Source of the DNA: the human T2T-CHM13v2.0 reference genome, Homo sapiens
Length of the DNA: 64,000 bases
NCBI RefSeq assembly: GCF_009914755.1
Contig: NC_060927.1
Reading direction: 5' to 3' (one strand)
Positions 29,490 through 41,403 of this stretch are shown one piece after another. A program made the translations under genes and the position numbers. Numbering within the stretch: the stretch's first letter is position 1; every line of letters starts with the position of its first letter. The notes under the pieces are model-generated. The model saw nothing but the letters and a program-made list of their open reading frames with translations. It had not been told where the DNA came from and ran no database searches.

Positions 29490-30240
29490 CCACTTACTCA
29501 TTCAACAGATATATGGAAAGTGACCAATTTGAGCTCTGTGCTGGGTGCTTGGTATACAAAATGTTCCCCTTTGTATGAAAAAGATGCCACTAATTGCCTT
29601 CATGGACATTGCAGTCTGGTAGGAGTGACAGATGTGTATTAAATAATGACATAAGGAGGAGAAAAATTATAATTGTGGTAAATGTTGTCAAGCAGAAGTG
29701 CAAGAAAACTACATCGGGATTTGACCTAATCAGAGATTAGGAAAAAGTTTTCCCAGGGAAGATAAACCTGAGCTGAAGCTAGTGGTTGAGTTGCAGTTGA
29801 CTAGTCAGGGTTATAGGGAAGAGCATTCTAGCCAAAAGGAACCAGATATATAAATATTCTGTGTCAGGAGGAAGTCTGGTAAGTAGTAGGGCCTGAAAGA
29901 AGATCAGTTTGGTGGTGAGACTGGCTAGAACGTGGAAAAGTCTGTGAGAAGTGATGAATTAAGAGTCCCTCCATGGAAGACCCCTTAGGAAGTTTGCCCT
30001 AGCTTAAAATGGAAAAACATTTAAGAATGATGAAAAATATGTATTACATGATCAAACTTGTATGCTCTTTGTTTTTTAAAGAATCACTTTGGCTGCAAGG
30101 TGGAGAACAGAGTGGAAGTAGGGAAGAGAGACCAATTAGAATTCTACTGCTAAAGTCCAGAGCATGGTGCCTGGACTCTTGTAGAAATGGTAAAAATAGA
30201 AGCAGATGAAATAAGGAGACATTTGGGAATCACCTTTGAA
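29490..30240 (-). mobile_element. L2
   Basis: tactcattcaacagatat...tgccttcatgg...cagtctgg...gggaagagcattctag...atcactttggctgc...tggagaacag. Confidence 0.75.
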
Positions 30241-30407
30241 CTCTCTGGTAGCCGCATATGTCCATCCTTGTATGCATTCACATGTCTCCCAGGTCAAGAA
30301 ATATTCCTTGGTTCCCCCAGACTCCACCAGAGGAACCCCTCAGTCTCATGGTTGGATCTCAGCCTTACTAGATGTATCTACCTTTGTCATAGGTTTATGC
30401 ATTATAG

Positions 30408-30758
<351 letters not shown>

Positions 30759-31959
30759 AGCTCTTTATTATTGAGTCAGCCTGGGCATGATGAGTAATAA
30801 CCAGGGGTAATATCCACATCCTTAGCAGGCGTTTGTCTAGACAGGGTTAGCCTCATCAAATTTAAATGCTCCACCTTGGCCACCTGACCACCAGGATTTC
30901 TTAAAGATGCTATGTTTTATGCCTTAACTCCAGGAAACACTGTTGTTTGGAGAAAAAAATGGGTACAGTCATGAGTTCGGTCCCACCAAATATAAAATGC
31001 TACATTCTTCTATGATATGACAGGGCTCCCTGATTTAGTACTCAGAGAACAGGGATAGGAAAGCCAACCCTAACATCTAGGCTACAGAGCCTGTCAGGAT
31101 GTCTAAGCTCTTCCAGCTGCTTCCAGTAGGGCCACTATGTGGGTGATACTAACTGAGGTTGTGCAATGAGTGACCTTCATCCCTGTTTTGATTTATGTAT
31201 TATGTGCAATGAGTATTTAGTATTTATGGCATAAATAAATAAATAAAAAATAAGTATCCACTCTGCTTACCCATTCAGAGTTAAAAAGCAAATGAGGTTT
31301 AACAAAGAATATGTTCCAAAATTTAGCCAAAAATTCAGTGAGAGAAGAAGGGAAGAAATCTGGTTGAAAGTAGAACCATGACAGGACCAGAAATAAACTG
31401 AAAAAAGAAAGAGGTTTTGCTGAGGAGGTAGCATGGGAAGAATGAGTTGATTCTTATTCTGGCAGGAGAGAGAAAAAGCTGGAATTGGTGTTTAATCTGA
31501 TGGAAACAGTGTGACTATGCATGCCCCAGCTGGGCTTATTCCATATCCTCAGGCTGCTGTGACTGCCCCAACTTTCTTGAAGTTTGAGCTTCTGCATTGA
31601 AAATCAGTCTAGACGTTTTATTCTCAGACTTTCCAGAGGAAACTCAGATGGTAACCCTACCAGCGTGTCAAATTGAGAACCTACATTGTTCTCACCTCAT
31701 GAAAGCCATTTAGGCAATGTCCAAGACAGTTTAAAGGAATGAGGGAACTATTTCTACTTCGTAAGAAAGTAAATGCTTCCTTGAAATTCATTATGTGAAC
31801 TGCTAAAAAGAAAAAAATAAAGAATGTAAACTTTTCAGCTGCTTGTTTAAATGCTAGTATAAAAACCTATATGCTTTGTCCTTTCTGGGCATATTTACAT
31901 ATTTTCATATTTACCCAAATTCTTGAATTTGAGAGAAAAACATGGAGAGGTAATAAACA

Positions 31960-32085
31960 GAGTGGAGGACTCGGAATGAAGATAATCAGGTTAAAGCTTT
32001 AATTCCAGTGATGTGATCTGGGACAAGCTACTTAACCTCTCTGGGTGCTCATTTCTTCACTGAAAAAAGTAACAGTGTTGTATAT
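31960..32085 (+). mobile_element. MIR
   Basis: tgtgatctgggacaagctacttaacctctctgggtgctcatttcttcactgaaaa matches the MIR core. Confidence 0.75.
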
Positions 32086-33168
32086 AGGATCTAGAACTTT
32101 CTATGTAGAATACTCATTGAATCCATTTAGGATCAATAGCACCAAGTTACCTTTTTTAATATAATAGACCTCATAATGAATATTAAGCATTTTGAAATTG
32201 AGAAGCACAATATTAAATGATCAGTTTGGATTTTGTGTTATCACAAGAAGTGCTGTAACCCAACAAGTAAATTACTTTCAACCAAATATATACATTTTTA
32301 TCTAGAGAGATAATGCAAAACAAATACTTGATATATTTATTTCTCTGGGAAATTTATTAAAAATATTCCTAATTTTCTTACTTTGAAATAATGAAAGATC
32401 TCAAGATAAGCAATGTGTATTATATATATTTTTTTTCCAGACTTTTCCTTTATATGCATAGAAGTTATGAGGAGCCTTTATGAAAATCTTAGAATTTGTA
32501 CTTTTTAGCTGGGATGAAGAGCATAAGGCATTTGGGAGATAATTCTTTTCATACCATCATACAATATTTAGAAAGCATCGTGCTGCATACTTGGTTGAGG
32601 GTGGTAAGAAACATAGGCCTGGACTCGGCTGCAGTGAAGTTTACTGCACAATTATTTCTATTCTCTAAAAACTCTAACACATACAACATAAACTATAGAG
32701 ATATTAGGAAAATTTCTCTCTGTTTCATCTTACTCCAAAAGAGCTTATGAAACAGCACAATAAAAATTAAAGTATAGTCATCACAATGTAGAATAAATTA
32801 TGCTCTTATGTGGTCTCACAGCTTAGAGGAGAGGCCATGGAAATATAAGGATTCCCAGAAGCCCCCATCCCCGTCCCCAATTAAAACATATGGCTTTTCT
32901 AAAAGTAAGCAGCACAAATCATTTGTTTTTATCTGAGAATCTACAATACAAATTGTGTTGTAGGCCCAACAATGCACAGCTTATTCCAGTGCCATCCCTA
33001 TACAAAGAGAATTGGCTAGGAGGGAGTTCCAAAGTGTATTGCTAATGGTACCATAATCCAAAATCATTAGCATTAGATCTCCATTTAATTATTTTGTTAT
33101 ATAATTAATTAGTTAATCTCATACTTCAAATGAGCTTTGCCTGTCCTTCCTTCTTTCCCTACTGCATA

Positions 33169-33357
33169 GAGCTGCCTCATTTAGCAAAAAACAAAAACAA
33201 AGCAAAACAAAAAAATTAAAGGATTTGCAATTAAATTTGAATTTCAGAAAACTGACAAATAATATTTTAGTATAAGTGTATCCCATGCAATATTTTGACA
33301 AACTTATATAAAAATTTTAATATAACTAGGCATCCTTTATTATGCTTAGCAACTCTA
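33169..33357. mobile_element. MER53-like hAT MITE
   Basis: gagctgcctcatttagcaaa...ttaaatttgaatttcag...ttagtataagtgtatcccatgcaatattttg...gcaactcta; the family is palindromic. Confidence 0.8.
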
Positions 33358-33604
33358 CTATCACGGATCACCTACCTTGGTTTGCATGAGAAATATTCCA
33401 CCTATATATTTTTATTACATACAAGAACATCAACGTGAAAGCTGGAGAAATTTTGTGACTGAAATTCTTCAGGCATAACAACCAAATCTGAGTAAATTAT
33501 CTCTTTAGGTAGGGAAATAACTGACTACGTAATTTCTAAGGATCCCATTCAATCTTATATGTTTACGTTCCTAAGTCTTATGATGATCAAATAATAGGCC
33601 GACC

Positions 33605-33725
33605 AAAGCTTCGTGAAGGCAGGGACATTGTGCATCTTGTTCAATTTTGAATTCACAGTGCTGGAACCTTACCTAATAGAGGTAACGACCATAGAAGGCA
33701 CTTAGTAAATACAAGTTAAATAAGT
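33605..33725 (+). mobile_element. L2 3' end
   Basis: aagcttcgtgaaggcagggacattgtg...aggcacttagtaaata. Confidence 0.7.
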
Positions 33726-34639
33726 AAATAAGAAAAAAAAAACATGTGGAATCTATTTAAGACAGAAATGACAAAAATAAAGGAAAAACTAGAGAAGGTT
33801 GTTTTCAACTATAGGCCCAGAGGTGTAAGGCCCTACAGACACTTCACACCTATGTTTTTACATACATGGCTGAAGCTGCATCCTAAGGTAATACATGTGG
33901 ATTTTTAGAAGGATTAAAACTCTTTGAAAAGTTTGGCCCAAACAAACAGGATATTATTTCTAGGTCTCATGTAGGGCTCCCAAAGGATAATATTTTTACT
34001 CCTAGCCTAAATCCTTTTATGGTTTCTCTCTGTCACCTGGATATTGTCTTAATGCACAGTTTGATGCTTTTTCGGGTACTTTGATAGTTAAAGTGGGGTT
34101 ACAAAGTAGAATCTGTTTATGACTATGGAAAGTCACTTTGACCTCAAGAAATATAAATGTAACAATCGAGAGAGAACAAAACAATTTATATTTAACTGGA
34201 GTTTACACAGCTATAGGGGAAATTAGAAGTTTCTTTCAGACTTTCCTTTTTTAATGATTACCAAGAGGAAAAGGCTCCTAATATTCCAATCATGCTTCTG
34301 TTTTCAACCTCTTCTACAAGAGTCAAAAATAGAAAGAGAGGAATTCTAGGAATTCCCACATGGTCCTTTCAGGAGTGATTTATGTTTCAAAGAGAAGGTT
34401 ACCTTTTTTTTTTTTTTTTCTGTTACCCAAGGTAAGATTGCTTTCAGCTTTAAATTAGGTTGCTGATTTCTACAATAAATTTTTACCTCTGTTTCTCTCA
34501 CGCGTGTATGTTTTGGAAGGGGGATGGGGGCAGTGAAAGTGAGATTTGCATGTGTCCAACATAAAGCATACATCTTTTAACATACTTTTTCCACTGCCAC
34601 TATCTGAAGCATTTAATAAATATTGAGCAATCAAAAATA

Positions 34640-34830
34640 ATGATAATGAAGTGTCTAAATGATTCAAATTCATAGAAACAGAAAGCAGAATTGTGGTTGC
34701 CCAGGGTGGAGGAAAGGTTGAAATAGGAATTGTTATTTTATGAGTAGAAAGTTCCCATTTTCCAAGATAGAAAAAAATTCTGGAAATCCGTGCCCAACAA
34801 TATGAATACACACAACACTACTGAACCATG
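34640..34830 (+). mobile_element. L1M (MB-like) 3' UTR fragment
   Basis: caaattcatagaaacagaaagcagaattgtggttgcccaggg...aaaaattctggaaat...aacactactgaac. Confidence 0.75.
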
Positions 34831-34885
34831 TAGCAGACAGAATGAGAAGAAAAATTAATTATTATGAATAAATCATAAAATTCTT

Positions 34886-35182
34886 GGCCGGGCGCGGTGG
34901 CTCACGCCTGTAATCCTAGCACATTGGGAGGCCGAGGCGAGTGGATCACGAGGTCAGGAGATGGAGACCATCCTGGCTAACATGGTGAAACCCCGTCTCT
35001 ACTAGAAATACAAAAAATTAGCCAGGTGTGGTGGCGGGCGCCTGTAGTCCCAGCTACTCGGGAGGCTGAGGCAGGAGAATGGAGTGAACCAGGGAGGCGG
35101 AGCTTGCAGTGAGCACGATGGCGCCACTGCACTTCAGCCTGGGCGACAGAGCGAGACTCTGCCTCAAAAAAAAAAAAAAAAA
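34886..35182 (+). mobile_element. AluY, full length
   Basis: AluY diagnostic positions (ggatcacgaggtcaggagat, catcctggctaaca, gagcttgcagtgag), a pure A tail and TSD aaaattctt. Confidence 0.97.
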
Positions 35183-35309
35183 TTCTTCATTTACATTTTT
35201 CTATGCAATGTAGGTTCTTATGTGGAAATATAAGGCGATTTATTCATTCAGACATTTGCTAAGCCTCTGTTATGTAAAAAGTAGAGTCTTTATTCTCAAA
35301 TAGTTTTCA

Positions 35310-35588
<279 letters not shown>

Positions 35589-35730
35589 TTAAATGAGGAT
35601 GTGTGTGAGTGTGTCTATGTGTCTGTTCATGGCTTACCACATGCCTGGCATACTGAAAACCCTTGTTTAATATTAACAATTATTATAATCATCTATTTAC
35701 TCTAATATTAGATTGTCATCACAGCCCTAG

Positions 35731-36260
35731 TGTTACTGTTGACGGTAGTTGTCCAGTTGCCCAACTACCAGTTGAGGGTAGTTGTCCAGACTCTTGGCAT
35801 TTTGAACAAAGAATTGGACAAAATGCAAAAGAAAGCAAGGGCAGGTTCTTGGTGGTTTGAACAAAGAACTGGATGAAACACATAAACAAAGCAAGGCAGC
35901 AAAAGCAGAACCTTGTTTTAAGTGAAAGTACACTCCACAGGGTTGGAGCAGGCTTGAGCAAGTGGCCAAACAACACTGGTTACAGCATTTTTCGGGCTTC
36001 GAATATCCAACTAGGAAACCTAAACCTAGAGGTTTCCCATTGGCCCACAGCCAGGCTAATTTATTGCAGGAGGGAACCAACCAGAATGAAGAGTAGGCCT
36101 GCAACCAAACTGATTGGTTGTGGGAAGGGACCAATCAGAGGTACTTTCATTTCATTGCCGCCCAGAAAAAGGAGGGATTAAAAGGTGAGTAGCTGCTGAT
36201 ATCCAATTAGCATGAATCAGCCTTAGGTTCTCTGCCTCCAGACCCTATTTTCCTGCTTCA
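35731..36260 (-). mobile_element. MER51-type ERV1 3' LTR
   Basis: The minus strand begins tgaagcaggaaaatagggtctggaggcagagaacctaaggc (MER51 start) and ends ...gtaaca. It has several CCAAT boxes and is preceded by a purine-rich tract. Confidence 0.85.
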
Positions 36261-37822
36261 TTTCCTCACTAAGAGAAATAATCCCCATAAATCTTTGTGG
36301 GAGGCAGAGGGACTGATGGGAAGAAGAGGGACTACTTCGTACTGACATGGGGCACAGTCCCTACCTATTGGGGAGCACGGAACTTATCCTGCTCTTTCAA
36401 GTGGAGACAAGGCAGATTCTTGATGGCTGGGGGTGTTGTCTTCATTTGGAACTGGCTGGAAACCTAGTCAGTTGATCATCTGAACCTTGATAGTCTCTAG
36501 GTGAGAGGAAGTGAATTTTATAAAAAGATTTAATGAGGACTTCACGGGGTGGATACCTATGCTGTAAGGAATGTTTGTTATAGGAATGAATTAAAACATT
36601 CTGCTTAATTACTACAAAGGAAGTGATTTGAATCGATCTAAAGAAGGCAATTAAACTGCAAAAAATATAAAAGCATGGCTACTATTATCCAGCCTACAGT
36701 AACTATGCAACAAAAACACCAAGGAAAGTTGGCAGGCATTTATTTATCTTCTGGCTGTCTTCTAAAAGGTACTTCAGGTCTTCTACAGGTTCACAGGTGT
36801 GGTGGCTTATGGGAACTTCCAGGTTCCAGGTCTGAGACTTCAGGTATAGCAGACTTGATCCTTGAAAGATGTATTCAACTATCTAATCCCAGTGCTTTCA
36901 CTGCAGAAGTCATGGCCAGTACCACTGAAAATTGTCCCTTCCATTTGGGTTGCAGTTGTTGAGCAGGTGATCCCTCCTTCCATGTTTTAACAAGTACCAT
37001 ATCTCGTGGCCTGATTTGGGGTTGGTGGTTAGTTTCCTTTTTCATTCCTCCAAGGAGCCTCAAGAAATTTAGCCCACTTGTTCATTTCCATGGATCTGTT
37101 ATAGTCCCGATTAGGATCAGTAGTGGAGACTATGTCTCAGCCCAGGAGGTTACCCTGAGGGTTTCAGACATAAGTCTTCCACTTCCCGGTGGGCAGTCTC
37201 AATGATTCATTCCTTTTAAAGGGGGGGTGCAACAGGTTGCTAGAATGAATTGAACATCTCTCCATGAGGGATCAAAGGCTAAGGTCAAGTTTGGAGCCCA
37301 TCTGTGAATTTCCTGGGATTCTTGGAATAGTTTCCTAGCTTTTCCTTACATTGCTGTATATGAGTTATAGAGAAAGGGACCTGCACTAGGACTGGCCCTT
37401 CAGCTCCTGCTACTTCCCTAAGGGGTAGCAGGGCTGGAGGGAGAGTTAAATATGGTGTTTCTCTCTGAGTGTGAGGGGGACTTAGTAGGGTCTCCAGTGT
37501 TTAGGTTGTAGCCTCAAGTGCACTTGGCAAGGGGCTATATGGAAGAGGTTGCTGTTCATCCTGAGAGACAGGTAGCCCTTGAAAAGGGTCATGTGTAATA
37601 TCTAGTTCTGCCTTTGGACTTTCTTTTGGGGCAATTATTAGGTTTTGTTATAGGGCCATGGAGGCTGTACATATGGGATTTCTGACCATTTGCCCTACCG
37701 CTTACAAAATAGGTCAAATTGCAGGATTGTCACAATAAAGGCTACCATTCACCAGCCATTGTTCTGGGCTGGGCAGCTCATAATGGTGCCAAACAGCATT
37801 GTGGAACATAATCATATGTTTT
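36261..37822 (-). mobile_element. ERV1 (MER51-int-like) internal region: gag remnant joined to the integrase C-terminus
   Basis: Minus-strand translation gives ILQFDLFCK...KWSEIPYVQ (class I ERV Gag MA) and MVLVKTWKEGSPAQQLQPKWKGQFSVVL (IN C-terminus, ORF 36875-37063). Confidence 0.85.
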
Positions 37823-37923
37823 TATATTAGTCAGGTTTCTGTAGAGGGACTGAACTAATAGAATATATATATAATAGAATATGTATGAATATATATATGT
37901 ATATATATATCCCATTAGTTCTG
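37823..37923 (-). mobile_element. Remnant of the HERV-L 3' LTR (MLT2A terminus and TA tract)
   Basis: tatattagtcaggtttctgtagagggactgaa matches the end of the intact LTR at 40905; the rest of this LTR is missing. Confidence 0.88.
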
Positions 37924-40904
37924 AGTCATTTGTAATCCTGCCTGGATTGGACCATAGTAGTTTCCCATTGACCTTAATCACAGGGCATGGGCATGGTAAT
38001 ACTAAGAGACACCCTAATGGTCTCCTGTATTCCATGCATACTCTTCCTTACCTCCATTCCGGAGTGGTAGACTGATTTCATCTTGATAGTTCAGGTCAAT
38101 CACTCCAGCCAACACTGTAAGTCCCTTCTTAGCCTGTTGACTTAAAGGTAGGAGGAGCCCAAAGTGACCAGGTGGCAATCTTAACTTCAAGTTTAATGGA
38201 GTTGTTGTGTCTCCTGATGGCAGCGTTCCTCCCTCTGGAACTAAGACCTCTACGCCAGCAAAACTAATGTCGTGGGATCAGGAAGCAAAAATTTTGCTAG
38301 TGGATCACTAGGGGTGATGGTGAATGGTGTCACTTCCACTTCCACCCCTTGATTTCTGGACTTGTGAATCCTGGCCATGGGACAAAAAGTATCATGTATT
38401 GGACACTAATTCACAGCATACGCAGTCTTCTGGAGAACTCTATCCCAGCCCTGCAAATGTTGTCACTTCATTGGCATTGTAATTGTGACTTCAAAAGGCC
38501 TTTCCACTGTTCTATCAATCCACCTTCTTCAGGATGATGGGGAACATGGTATGACCAGTGAATCCCATGAGCATGAACCCACTGCCACACTTCTTTAGCT
38601 ATAAAATGAGTGCCTTGGTCAGAGGCAATAGTGTGTGGAATAACATGATGGTGGATAAGGCATTCCCTGAGTCCACGGATGGTAGCCTTGACAGAAGCAT
38701 TGCATGCAGGATAGGCAAACCCATATTTGGAGTAAGTGTCTTTTCCAGTGAGGACAAACCTCTGCCCTTCCCATGATGGAAGAGGTCAATATAATCAACC
38801 TGCCACCAGGTAGCTGGCTGATCTTCCCGAGGAGTGGTACTATATTGAGGGCTCAGAGTTGGTCTCTGCTGCTGGCAAATTGGGCACTCAGCGGTGGCCA
38901 TAGCCAGGTCAGCCTTTGTGAGTGGACTTACTTGTGCCTTCAGGACCTGCTTGAGCCCAATCACATATATACCACTTCCATTTGATGATGGAATGCTGCT
39001 GTGCACAACCCACTTTATGGCTAGATGGGTCAGAAAGCACCCAGTTCATGTTGCATGGTGACCTGACAACCTGTAGTCAAATGTTCAGTTTCCACCAAAG
39101 CCCAGTAACCGTAAGTCAACCTGAGATAAAACTCCATTAATTACCTGACCTCTATAAGCCCTTACTTTAACTGGAGGACCACAATGACGCTTAGGGTCCC
39201 CTGGAATCAACGTCAGCTCAGAGCCCGTGTCCGGTAGTCCCCAAAATGTCTGATCATCTCCCTTTCCCCAATACACAGTTACCCTGGCAAAAGGCCAGAG
39301 GTCTTCTTGGAGAAGGATGGGAGAAAGATTAACATCATAAATTGTCAGTAGTGTAGTGAGGTCCTACCTCAAGGGGATCCAGCCTCCCCTTTATTCAAGG
39401 AGTTCTGGGTTTGTTAACTGGCTCACATCTGGAAATTGATTGAGGGGCCTTGATGCTCTGTTGGTATAATTCAAATTAGTCTTTTGTCCATTCGACCTAG
39501 AAGTTTCCTGCTTATATTTATTAAGTAAAAATGCAGTAGTTCCTATTAATTTCACTTCTAGAAACAACGTGATTAATTAGCCAATGCCAGAGTTCTACAT
39601 GAGTTCTACATGAGTCCAACTATTCTGATTGCCACTTTGCCTCTGCTGTCCATTAAGGTAGCTATGCCTACTCTGTCTTTGATGGTTGAGTGCTGCCGCT
39701 TGGTCCCTGCCACCTCAGGATCCAATTATTCCCATTGTATTTAAATTTTGTAGTTGAGTGACTGGGGTTCCCACTGTTAGATCTGACATACAGAGAAGAG
39801 CAACTACAAGGCCCTTCAAAGTTGCAGGTACTGCCCTCACCAGTCTATTTATTATGGCATTGGTCAAGGATATATCTTTTGGAGTCTCCCAGGTATATCT
39901 TCTGGACCCTCCCAGCTGAGATGAGTAGGTCTAAAATGACTAATCCACTCCACCATTCCAATCTTCCTAAGTCTTTGGATCCCTTCCGCTACATTAAACC
40001 AAGGGAGCTCAGGCATTTCTAGCTCACTCACAGTGGGCCACGTTTTAATCCATATTTCAGCTAATCAAGCAAATAAACTGTTAGAACCTTTTTTAACTCC
40101 CCAAGCTGCAACATTAAATGCAGAGTCCCTACTTAGTGGGCCCAAATCAATAAATTTAGCCTGATCCAACTCTATGCTCCTTCCACCACTATCTCACATC
40201 CCAGTAGTTACCACTACTGGGGATAGGCAAGCTGTTTCTTCCGGCAAAAAACATTCATCAGAGTATACAAGTTCAGTGTCCCCAGCTTTATCAGGGTCCT
40301 CCCACATGTCCCCACTCCAACTTGCAGGATCCTATTCTTTTCCAGTCAATGCCCTCACTTTAACAGTAGGCACCTGGCGAGTGTGTGCATGCACTTTTCG
40401 TTGCAGGTCAGCCACTCACATGATAAGGACTTGTGTCTGTTTTTCCATAGTTTCAGCTATTTCTCTACAGAAGATAAGACTCTCACTCAGGGCAATCTTA
40501 GCAGATTTGAGGCTCAATATCTGCTTCTGAAGCTGGGAGGGAGTTAGAATCCCTGAGTTCATTACTTTCTTTCATCACTTTATTCAGTGAACTTAGGAGC
40601 AACCGACCAGCTTTATTATGTTCCTTGGTTTTCCACATACGATCAAAGGTATTATGTACAGAGTTGCTAAATTCCTTGCTTCTCATGAGCAGTGAACCAG
40701 GATTTTCAAATGCATTTATTTTGCATAACTCTCTAAATGGTTTATGCCAAGGACTATTAGTGTTCTCTATACTATTAGAAGTAGAGTCCTTAGCATTTTT
40801 GGGTCTAATCATATTAAGCAGCCAACTCCAGAAACCCCAAAACCAATGAAAGAACTCCAGCCTTAATATTCTGCTCTTCTAGAACCACTCCTGGTACCAA
40901 AATC
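37924..40904 (-). pseudogene. HERV-L internal region (gag, protease, integrase and dUTPase remnants; most of RT deleted)
   Basis: Gag KNAKDSTSNS...ELCKINAF; protease FWGLPDTGSELTLIPGDPK; integrase ECPICQQQRPTLSP...PATWWQVDYI; dUTPase-like LKLRLPPGHFGLLLPLSQQAKKG at ~38.1-38.2 kb. All frames are disrupted. Confidence 0.93.
40884..40899 (-). promoter_or_regulatory. HERV-L primer-binding site (tRNA-Leu type)
   Basis: The minus strand reads gattttggtaccaggagtggtt immediately after the 5' LTR, as in HERV-L. Confidence 0.8.
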
Positions 40905-41403
40905 TGTATTAGTCAGGGCTCTGTAGAGGGACTGAATAGAATATATATATATGATATATATATGATATATATATATCATATATATATCATATATATGATA
41001 TATATTATACGTATGAGTTTATTAAGTAGTATTAACTCACACGATCACCACATCCCACAATAGACTGTCTGCAAGCTGAAGAACAAGGAAAGCCAGTGTG
41101 AGTCCCAAAACTGAAGAACTTGGAGTCCGATGTTCAAAGGCAGGAATCATCCAGCACAGGAGAAAGATGTATGCTGGGAGGCTAGGCCAATCTAGTTTTT
41201 TCATGTTTTTCTGCCTGCTTTATATTCTAGCCATGCTGGCAGCTAATTAGATGGTGCCCACCCAGATTAAGAGTGGGTCTGCCTTTCCCAGCCCACTGAC
41301 TCAAATGTTAATCTCCTTTGGCAATACCCTCACAGACACATCCAGGATCAATACTTTGCATCCTTCTATCCAATCAAGTTGACACTCAGTATTAATCATC
41401 ACA
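40905..41403 (-). mobile_element. MLT2A (A1/A2) 5' LTR of HERV-L
   Basis: The minus strand runs tgtgatgattaatactgagtgtcaacttgattgg...gactaataca with an internal TA tract. TSD GTTTT lies at 41404-41408 and 37818-37822. Confidence 0.93.

Noticed and set aside
38040-38270. dUTPase-like sequence as a captured host gene
   Set aside because: A dUTPase downstream of integrase is a normal part of ERV-L, and this copy is frameshifted.
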